Positions 56,600-64,000 of a stretch of DNA of 64,000 nt are shown in pieces. The stretch lies in the NCBI GenBank assembly GCA_045595785.1, contig JAZOBE010000037.1, positions 18,973 through 82,972 on the forward strand. The letters run 5' to 3'. The stretch comes from Eubacteriales bacterium (GTDB lineage Bacteria; Bacillota; Clostridia; Oscillospirales; CAG-382). The stretch's first letter is position 1, and every line of letters starts with the position of its first letter. The position numbers and the translations under genes are program-made. A model generated the notes under the pieces. It did not search any database. It was not told the origin of the DNA and was given only the letters and a program-made list of their open reading frames with translations.

Positions 56600-58330
56600 A
56601 TGGATCAGATTGAACTTAACGAACTCAGAACGCTGAGACATTCAGCGGCACATATTCTTGCGCAGGCAGTAAAGAGACTTTACCCCGATACCCGTCTGGC
56701 TATCGGACCTGCCATTGACAACGGCTTTTACTACGATTTCGATACCGAAAAGACCTTCACCACCGAAGACCTTGAGGGTATTGAAGCGGAGATGAAAAAG
56801 ATTGTAAAGGAAAACCTTCGCATAGAACGCTTTACCCTTCCCCGTGACGAGGCAAAGGCGCTTATGGCAGACGAGCCTTATAAGATAGAGCTTATTGACG
56901 GTCTTGAAGAAGGCGAAGAAATTTCCTTTTACAAGCAGGGCGATTTTACCGACCTTTGCGCAGGCCCTCACGTTGCTTACACAAAGAAGGTAAAGGCATT
57001 CAAGCTCCTTTCCGTTACCGGCGCGTACTGGAGAGGCGATTCCAACAACAAGATGCTCCAGCGTATATACGGTACTGCTTTTGCAAGCAAGGAAGAGCTG
57101 GACGAATATCTTAATATGCTTGAGGAAGCAAAGAAGCGCGACCACAGAAAACTGGGCAAGGAGCTCGGTCTGTTTATGATGACAGACGACGGACCCGGTT
57201 TCCCCTTCTTCCTTCCCAACGGTATGATACTTAAAAACACTCTTATCGATTACTGGCGCGAAGTACACAAGAGATACGGCTACGTAGAAATATCCACTCC
57301 CGTTATCCTTAACCGCCGTCTGTGGGAAAGAAGCGGACATTGGGGTCACTACAAGCAGAATATGTATACCACCAAGATCGACGACGAGGATTATGCAATC
57401 AAGCCTATGAACTGCCCCGGCGGTATGCTTGTTTATATGAACGAGCCTCATTCCTACCGTGACCTGCCTCTCCGTGCGGGAGAACTTGGTCTGGTACACC
57501 GTCACGAGCTTTCCGGCGCACTTCACGGTCTGTTCCGTGTAAGATGCTTTACTCAGGACGATGCTCATATCTTTATGACCAAGGAGCAGATGCGCGACGA
57601 GATTAAAAACGTTGTAAGTCTCTTTGACGAGGTATATTCCCTCTTCGGTCTTACTTATCAGATAGAGCTTTCTACTATGCCCGAGGACCATATGGGCGAC
57701 GAGGCTGTTTGGGAGCATGCACAAGAAACTCTTAAAGCCGCTATTACCGATATGGGCAAGGAATATATCCTTAACGAAGGTGACGGCGCATTCTACGGTC
57801 CCAAGCTGGACTTCCATCTGCGTGATAGCATTGGCAGAACCTGGCAGTGCGGTACTATCCAGCTTGACTTCCAGCTGCCTGAGAGATTTGAACTTGAGTA
57901 CACCGGCGCTGACGGTGAGAAGCACCGCCCCGTTATGATACACAGAGTTGTATTCGGCAGTATTGAGAGATTTATCGGCGTTATTACCGAGCATTTTGCA
58001 GGTGCGTTCCCTCTGTGGCTTGCGCCTCTGCAGGTTGCGGTTCTGCCTATTACCGACAGAGCTGCTGAATATGCAGACAAGCTGGTTGCTGACCTTACCG
58101 CTGCAGGCGTAAGATGTAAAGCCGACCACCGTAACGAAAAGGTCAACTACAAGATCCGTGAGCATCAGCTCCAGAAGGTGCCTTATATGCTGGTTGTAGG
58201 CGACCGCGAGGTTGAGGAAGGAACTGTTTCCCTCCGTACCCGCACCGGAGAGACCGGCGGCGTAATGACCGCGCAGGAATTCTACGACAGAGTTACCACC
58301 GAGATCAAAGACAGAAGCAGAATAGTATAA
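56600..58330 (+). CDS. thrS: Threonine--tRNA ligase (short form without N-terminal TGS domain)
   Basis: RHSAAH, GPAIDNGFYYDF, DLCAGPH, RDHRKLG, KPMNCP, RVRCFTQDDAH, GAFYGPKLD. Confidence 0.97.
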   Translation: MDQIELNELRTLRHSAAHILAQAVKRLYPDTRLAIGPAIDNGFYYDFDTEKTFTTEDLEGIEAEMKKIVKENLRIERFTLPRDEAKALMADEPYKIELIDGLEEGEEISFYKQGDFTDLCAGPHVAYTKKVKAFKLLSVTGAYWRGDSNNKMLQRIYGTAFASKEELDEYLNMLEEAKKRDHRKLGKELGLFMMTDDGPGFPFFLPNGMILKNTLIDYWREVHKRYGYVEISTPVILNRRLWERSGHWGHYKQNMYTTKIDDEDYAIKPMNCPGGMLVYMNEPHSYRDLPLRAGELGLVHRHELSGALHGLFRVRCFTQDDAHIFMTKEQMRDEIKNVVSLFDEVYSLFGLTYQIELSTMPEDHMGDEAVWEHAQETLKAAITDMGKEYILNEGDGAFYGPKLDFHLRDSIGRTWQCGTIQLDFQLPERFELEYTGADGEKHRPVMIHRVVFGSIERFIGVITEHFAGAFPLWLAPLQVAVLPITDRAAEYADKLVADLTAAGVRCKADHRNEKVNYKIREHQLQKVPYMLVVGDREVEEGTVSLRTRTGETGGVMTAQEFYDRVTTEIKDRSRIV

Positions 58331-58397
58331 TTTTTCTTGGAATAATTAGACAAAAAGAAGCACCTATTTACAATAGCACTCATTTCGTGAAAGGAAA

Positions 58398-59990
58398 ATG
58401 ATAATGAAAAACTTGAACGAGAAAAACGGTGTATTTTTACTTATTGTATTGACATCTTTTTTATTAGTTGCATGCAATTTCGTTTCGTTAGATCAGTTTA
58501 ATTCGGCTGACAACACCGATTACTCATCGCAATCTTCGATTACCAATTCTACAGTAGAAACATCTAGTACTACAGATACTTCTCAGAACACCACAGAATC
58601 ATCAGGAAACCCTCAATTAGATAACGCTTCTTCAGATTCTATGACTGAAGAGTCACTTGAAAATGATATAGTTACTATTGATCCGGTAAAGGAAGAAAAC
58701 ATAGCACTATATCACTACAAGCTAACTGAAATAGGAACTTTCTCGAATATTGAAAGGCTTGCCTTTTCCGGCGATATGCCCGTTATAAGGGAAACAATTG
58801 ATGGGGAAATTGTTGACTTCCTTTACTCCTATACTGGCGAATTAAAAATATCTAGCGGATGTAATTCATACACATATTTGGGCAACGGTTTTACTGCGAT
58901 GTATGATTATAACGGTATAGTTCCAACCGCACGCTTGGTTAACGTCTACACAGGAGAGATTATCCTTGAAGACAATTCCATGGCATTGGTAGAAAAACTA
59001 AGCGATCGTTATTGTTACATAATACACATTACAGAAGAAGTGACTGAGAACGATAATTATTTCGTTTGTTTCTCAGGTCTTTATATCTCTGACGGGTTCG
59101 CCTTTTTCGAAGGATATGGAAGAGTTTATGACTTACAAGAACGAAAATTTATAGATAATTTGATCGTCACCGATCCTCGAAGTGATTACATTCCACTAGC
59201 TATAGGCACAACCGTTTTTTGTAAAGTTAGAACAAATACCTATGACATTTATCAGGAAAATGGTACGGTCACTTCTAATGTGGAAAATGTTTATTTAACA
59301 AAAAATGGTTTCATTCAAACCAAAGATGATAATTTGGTACTATATGATTATGATTATAACACTATTGCACACGTAAAAAATGCGAAACCTTTTATGGAGT
59401 TTGGTGCCGACGGATTGATTTATAGTGAAAGTTATTTTAATCGTGGGGCATATTTAAATGATCAAGTCGTAGATATCAATGGTAACGAGATCATACCTGG
59501 GACCTTCAAAGAAGTGAAAATCAACAATGACTATATCGTTGTTAAAAACGACGATAACATGGAACAATTATATCTTGGCGATGGCTCATTATTACTTTCA
59601 GAAGAATATATGTATATGAATTCGATTAAAACACTTCCTTTGTTGAAGTTGTCAAGCAGTACTAATAGTTCTATAAAGTACTTGTATGTGCCGGGATGTG
59701 GAATTTTTGATATTAGTGATTATTGGGTAGATGATTTATTTTATTATAAAGGGGATTACAAGCAATACGACTTCATGGTTTTGGCAACAGGAGAAACAAT
59801 GCGTTTAACAAACTCCAAGACACTTATTGGTACATTAATGGTGGATTCGGATCAAGGACTGATAGAACTGATTAATGGTACCACGGTACTGGAAAAAGGC
59901 TATGATTTTGTAACCGCCACAGGAGAACATTTGTATGTTTTACATAACGATACTTGGACAGTATATCAATACGAATTGGTAAACGATTGA
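58398..59990 (+). CDS. Hypothetical lipoprotein, AT-rich
   Basis: Lipobox LVAC, Ser/Thr-rich linker, beta-rich body; codon usage visibly differs from neighbours. Confidence 0.7.
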   Translation: MIMKNLNEKNGVFLLIVLTSFLLVACNFVSLDQFNSADNTDYSSQSSITNSTVETSSTTDTSQNTTESSGNPQLDNASSDSMTEESLENDIVTIDPVKEENIALYHYKLTEIGTFSNIERLAFSGDMPVIRETIDGEIVDFLYSYTGELKISSGCNSYTYLGNGFTAMYDYNGIVPTARLVNVYTGEIILEDNSMALVEKLSDRYCYIIHITEEVTENDNYFVCFSGLYISDGFAFFEGYGRVYDLQERKFIDNLIVTDPRSDYIPLAIGTTVFCKVRTNTYDIYQENGTVTSNVENVYLTKNGFIQTKDDNLVLYDYDYNTIAHVKNAKPFMEFGADGLIYSESYFNRGAYLNDQVVDINGNEIIPGTFKEVKINNDYIVVKNDDNMEQLYLGDGSLLLSEEYMYMNSIKTLPLLKLSSSTNSSIKYLYVPGCGIFDISDYWVDDLFYYKGDYKQYDFMVLATGETMRLTNSKTLIGTLMVDSDQGLIELINGTTVLEKGYDFVTATGEHLYVLHNDTWTVYQYELVND

Positions 59991-60224
59991 TTTTCCCTTT
60001 AAATTCTCGGATATGCTCGTGTTAGATACAAAAAATAAAACGATTTATTGTTATCAACTTATATTCTATAAATACAAAAACAAGTCAAGACCACCAGTTG
60101 AACTGGTGGCTTGCACAGCCCCTATAAGGGGCAAATACAGGCTTCGTCCCTGAAAGGGACTACGGAAGATTTGACACCGCATTACACTCACAGGCAGCCG
60201 CTCACGTGCGGCTGCCTTTTTTGC

Positions 60225-60718
60225 CTATTTATTCTTGCTACCCGTAAACGGGTCTACATATTCTTTGTAGCTTATCTGGTCCGAGGCATTGTCGTCCTCT
60301 ATCTGATTCCGTATGTACTCTGCTATTACTTTCTTGTTCCTTCCCACGGTGTCTACGTAATAGCCTCGGCACCAGAAATGACGTGATCCGTACTTATACT
60401 TCAAATTCGCATGCCTATCAAATATCATTAATGAACTTTTCCCCTTGAGATATCCCATAAACTGTGCTATACTTATGTGCGGTGGTATACTCACCAGCAT
60501 GTGTATGTGATCCACACACGCCTCTGCTTCTATTATATCCACTCCCTTTTGTTCGCACAGTTTTCTCAGTATTTCTCCTATATCCTTTTTTATGCTCCTA
60601 TATATTTCTTGCTATATATTTCTTGCCTTCTGTATTTCGGTGCAAACACTATATGGTATTGGCATCTGTACTTTGAGTGTGCCGAACTCTTTATTTCGTT
60701 TTTCTCTTTTTTAAACAT
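60225..60718 (-). pseudogene. tnpA: IS200-type Y1 transposase, frameshifted
   Basis: N-terminal YHIVFAPKYRR and C-terminal DHIHML (HUH), FWCRGYYV, EYIRNQ are in different frames; removing one copy of a 14-bp duplication restores a 159-aa ORF. Confidence 0.9.
60599..60626. repeat. Exact 14-bp tandem duplication
   Basis: TATATATTTCTTGC twice, inside tnpA. Confidence 0.95.
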
Positions 60719-60866
60719 GTTTAAAACCTCCGTTTTGTTTTGTGTAATGCGGTCGCCAAACCTTTACACATTATATCACGGAGATTTTATTTTACATATA
60801 CTAAAGTATTTTTCTTTCCCCGGTAGAACCGGGGGTTTATTTCCACGCCTTAAAAGGCACCAATGC

Positions 60867-60903
60867 AAAACCTGCCGTTTAATACAAAACGGCAGGTTTT
60901 TTT
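60867..60903. terminator. Bidirectional terminator after the DHHW gene
   Basis: AAAACCTGCCGTTT-AATACA-AAACGGCAGGTTTT. Confidence 0.8.
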
Positions 60904-62062
60904 ATTTTATATTGCCCAAGTTTCCGTTGGAAACGAGGTTTTCCACGTTCCAGACGATAAGGACACGGTCGGCGGAATAGGTTTGGATATAGGTAGAAAC
61001 GTCCGTCATACGGTTTGCCATATTGACCAGCACAAGGTCAAAATGCTGTGCAAGGAAGGGAACAAGGCTGTTTGCAAAGGAATCCTTGGGAAGGAGAAGC
61101 ACGGGACGGTCTTCATCGGTATTTTTAGTAACGAGAGTAACGTCGTTTGTACCGCCGATAAACGCGGAATACTTATCCTTTTTATCAAGATACGATCTAT
61201 CGTAAAATCCGCTGAAGGAATTTTCACCGATAGTGGTGGTAAAATCGTTATCGTTGCCCAGAGACCAGAATTCCATTGTGTCTGGGTCAACAAAGCTGAA
61301 CCCGCCCTTTGACCAGGTGGTGCCATAAAACTCATCGGACACGGTCTCAACGGTAAACTTGTCTGCAGAGATAATATCCTCTTCCATACCGAAGGATTTC
61401 ATAACCTCGCAGTATGCGTAATATGCGCCGAGCGTGGTCCAATGATGGTCGGTACGATAATAAACGTATTCGCCTGAAGCGTATTTTTCCTTAAGCATAC
61501 CCGAAACGGGCACGAGAATATCTGCGGAAACAGAATCCAGCTCCGCCAGAAGGCTTGCGGAAATATCCGAAGGGTAATTAAAGGCGCTGTCCGCTACGTC
61601 AAGCACGCGGGGAGGAATGATAGCATTTACGGGGACGGAACAACCTGCAGCGAAATTATTAAGAATATTCAACTGCTTATGCACCGTTTCGGCGTAATAC
61701 ATATCCATTCCGTCGGTACGGGTTAAGCGGTCCTTGAACATAGAGAAGGTGCGCACCGCAAGAGTGTTATTCTTACCAAGCAGAACTCCGTCGTTCTCGC
61801 CCTTAAGAAGTGCAAGCTCGGAAAGGGCTTTAAGGCTGACAAATCCGTCTCTCAACGGGAACTGGTCTGCAAAATACTCGTTCATTTCGGAAGAAAAGCT
61901 TCCGTCCAAAAAGCTTTCCCATGTAATGGCGGGGAAGGTCTGCAGGTTGCGGTTTTCGTTTTCGGAATAAGATTTATCCGGCACTATTACGAACGCCGCA
62001 GAAAGCCCGAAAAGAATTGCCAAAAACAGCACGATAGTTATGATATGAGTTGTTTTTTTCAT
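60902..62062 (-). CDS. DHHW-family (AlgJ/PatB-like) O-acetyltransferase component
   Basis: N-terminal TM; ENRNL, DQFPLRD, YYRTDHHWTTLGAY, KDSFANS; start set at ATG 62062. Confidence 0.88.
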   Translation of the reverse strand: MKKTTHIITIVLFLAILFGLSAAFVIVPDKSYSENENRNLQTFPAITWESFLDGSFSSEMNEYFADQFPLRDGFVSLKALSELALLKGENDGVLLGKNNTLAVRTFSMFKDRLTRTDGMDMYYAETVHKQLNILNNFAAGCSVPVNAIIPPRVLDVADSAFNYPSDISASLLAELDSVSADILVPVSGMLKEKYASGEYVYYRTDHHWTTLGAYYAYCEVMKSFGMEEDIISADKFTVETVSDEFYGTTWSKGGFSFVDPDTMEFWSLGNDNDFTTTIGENSFSGFYDRSYLDKKDKYSAFIGGTNDVTLVTKNTDEDRPVLLLPKDSFANSLVPFLAQHFDLVLVNMANRMTDVSTYIQTYSADRVLIVWNVENLVSNGNLGNIK

Positions 62063-62079
62063 TTGCGTCTTCCCCTCCC

Positions 62080-63492
62080 TTAAAAGATATAATACAGAAA
62101 CGGGCTGAAGGTACTGCTTACCATATATGCAGTACACAGCAGGAAGGAAGAGCAGGTGAGCACGGGCGACGCATATTCAAAGGCGCGGAAGCGGTTTACA
62201 AGATAGTAATACAGCTTTTTGGGATAAGGGGTGCTTCCGATAACGCAAAGTGCAAGAAGCAGCAGGTTGCGCAGTATCTCGTAGTTGACCGTTGCCGTGG
62301 TGAACGCGGCACCTGCACCGCCGAACATTGAAGCGAATATCGTCCAGCCCACAGACATATCTGTAAAGAAGAATATGAGCCAGCCGATAGCCACCAGAAA
62401 CAGCGCGTATATATGGCTGAATACCTTGGGTATCTTATTAAGCACTTTAAGCAGGAAGGTCTTTTCCAGCATAAGAATCGCGCCGAAATACACGCCCCAA
62501 AGGATGTAATTCCAGCTTGCGCCGTGCCAGAAGCCTGTGAGGAACCAAACTATAGCAATATTGCGGTACTGCTTGAAAAGTCCTTTTCTGTTTCCGCCCA
62601 GAGGGATATATACATATTCCTTAAACCAGGTGGAAAGGGACATGTGCCAACGGCGCCAGAAGTCGGTAATGCTGGAAGCCATATAAGGATAATTGAAGTT
62701 TTCCAGAAATTCAAAGCCGATCATCTTGCCCAAACCGATAGCCATATCCGAATAACCGGAGAAATCAAAATATATCTGGAAGGTATAGCATATAACTATC
62801 ATCCAGCTGCCTGCAACGGTGGGCTGTATTCCGTGAAGGTCCTGAAAATATTCTGCCACTGCAAATATGGTGTCTGCAAGCAATACCTTCTTTGCAAGAC
62901 CTGCGCAAAAGCGGCGGACGCCCTCAGAAAACTTCTCAACACTGTGAACACGGGTAATAAGCTGGTCGTCAACGTCTCTGTATCTTACGATAGGGCCTGC
63001 GATAAGCTGAGGGAACAAGGTGACGTATGTACCAAACGCCACGAAATTGCGCTGTACACCGGTTTGACCGCGATACAGATCGATTGTATAAGACATTATC
63101 TGGAATGTATAAAAGGATATACCCACGGGAAGGGCAAGCCCTTTTATGGGTTCAAGCCCCGAAAGGAAAGGAATGAGAGAAAGGTTCTCTATAAAGAAAT
63201 TGCAGTATTTGAAGAACAGCAGAAAAACAAGGTTTGAGCAAAGTGAAAGCACCATATAAAGTCTTGCTTTTTTGCGGTTTGATTCACGGTGTTTATCTAT
63301 TGCAAAGCCAAACAGATACGCAGCCAGTATGGAAACCAGCATTACCAGTATATATGCAGGCTCGCCCCATCCGTAAAACAGCAAAGAAACTGCAAACAGC
63401 ACCCAGTTACGCGCTTTTTTGGGAACTATATAATATAAAGCAAGGGTAACCGTAAGGTATGCAAACAAAAATATAAGTGATGAAAATACCAT
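62080..63492 (-). CDS. MBOAT family O-acyltransferase (AlgI/PatA-like)
   Basis: LPVGISFYTFQ, FPQLIAGPIVRY, YFDFSGYSDMAIG, WRRWHMSLSTWF, GFWHGA. Confidence 0.93.
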   Translation of the reverse strand: MVFSSLIFLFAYLTVTLALYYIVPKKARNWVLFAVSLLFYGWGEPAYILVMLVSILAAYLFGFAIDKHRESNRKKARLYMVLSLCSNLVFLLFFKYCNFFIENLSLIPFLSGLEPIKGLALPVGISFYTFQIMSYTIDLYRGQTGVQRNFVAFGTYVTLFPQLIAGPIVRYRDVDDQLITRVHSVEKFSEGVRRFCAGLAKKVLLADTIFAVAEYFQDLHGIQPTVAGSWMIVICYTFQIYFDFSGYSDMAIGLGKMIGFEFLENFNYPYMASSITDFWRRWHMSLSTWFKEYVYIPLGGNRKGLFKQYRNIAIVWFLTGFWHGASWNYILWGVYFGAILMLEKTFLLKVLNKIPKVFSHIYALFLVAIGWLIFFFTDMSVGWTIFASMFGGAGAAFTTATVNYEILRNLLLLALCVIGSTPYPKKLYYYLVNRFRAFEYASPVLTCSSFLLCTAYMVSSTFSPFLYYIF

Positions 63493-63497
63493 TCTCG

Positions 63498-64000
63498 TTA
63501 TTCCTCAAGCTTTTTAAGATCGTCGTTTCCGTCATCACGGTGCTTGATCATACCGACCACCTTAACGTCTTTTTTGGTATAAACCTTTGCCGGAGCGTTT
63601 TGCTCACCGTTAAGCTTTACCTTTATTTTTCCGGTAAGGAAATTACTCTCTATAATAATACCTCTGCCTGCAGGGGTCTCAACAATAGAATCCACCTTGG
63701 GGAAGGTTGCATATTCGGTTTCATATACCTCGTGCTCAAAGCGGAGACAGCACATAAGCCTGCCGCAAGAGCCGGATATTTTTGCGCTGGACAAGGAGAG
63801 ATTTTGCTCCTTTGCCATTTTAATGGAAACCTGCGCGAAATCGGGCAAAAATTCCTTACAGCAGAAGGGTCTGCCGCACACGCCCAAGCCGCCGATAAGC
63901 TTCGCCTCGTCACGCACACCTATCTGACGGAGCTCGATTCTGGTGCGGAAAACGGACGCGAGGTCTTTTACCAATTCACGGAAGTCGACTCTGCCGTCTG
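63498..64000 (-). CDS. ricT: PSP1-domain protein RicT/YaaT, 5'-truncated by the window edge
   Basis: RVDFRELVKDL, RIELRQIGVRDEA, CGRPFCC, VSIKMAKEQNLSL, CGRLMCCL. Confidence 0.9.
   Translation of the reverse strand, partial: DGRVDFRELVKDLASVFRTRIELRQIGVRDEAKLIGGLGVCGRPFCCKEFLPDFAQVSIKMAKEQNLSLSSAKISGSCGRLMCCLRFEHEVYETEYATFPKVDSIVETPAGRGIIIESNFLTGKIKVKLNGEQNAPAKVYTKKDVKVVGMIKHRDDGNDDLKKLEE

Larger units (their letters stand above)
60084..60845 (-). mobile_element. IS200/IS605-family element, tnpA only
   Basis: Subterminal hairpins CCACCAGT-TGA-ACTGGTGG (60091-60109) and CCCCGGT-AGA-ACCGGGG (60818-60834) flank a Y1 tnpA; the minus strand ends TTGAC at 60084; left boundary approximate. Confidence 0.85.

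Noticed and set aside
60225-60718. Programmed ribosomal frameshift in tnpA
   Set aside because: The frame break is fully explained by the 14-bp duplication, and IS200-type tnpA genes are single ORFs.
60863-61312. tnpB or iscB next to tnpA
   Set aside because: The only nearby ORFs are the DHHW gene and its shadow; no RuvC-like or HNH motifs.

Overview
64 kb of a Bacillota chromosome, most likely Clostridia (Oscillospirales-like; inferred from gene content, sigma-A promoters and AGGAGG ribosome-binding sites). It is mostly housekeeping: tex, an NCS2 permease, a pgeF-yhaO-yhaN-recG-dusB operon, tRNA-Met and tRNA-Glu, galK, pgi, a DD-carboxypeptidase, an EF-G paralog, rlmB, nagA-ROK, acpP, a long plus-strand run from ruvCAB through ecfAAT-truA and clp to thrS, and a ricT-MBOAT-DHHW operon. 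Small accessory inserts interrupt this backbone: (1) a hairpin-dense 230-bp element and an XRE-TPR gene after the tRNAs; (2) a SAM-methyltransferase behind a uORF plus terminator leader; (3) a decayed secreted-protein cassette at 35.2-37.2 kb; (4) an AT-rich lipoprotein followed by a tnpA-only IS200/IS605 element that is frameshifted by a 14-bp tandem duplication and carries an unusual structured right end. The strongest second-look items are two large P-type-ATPase-like membrane proteins with degenerate catalytic motifs (all of them in 52236..54944; the Asp and TGD motifs in 29756..32263), the candidate attenuator, the IS200 internal inverted repeat, the NCS2 leader and the post-tRNA element. 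I saw no CRISPR array, rRNA, prophage or integrase. All calls come from reading motifs by eye, with no database searches, and remarks on GC content are visual impressions.
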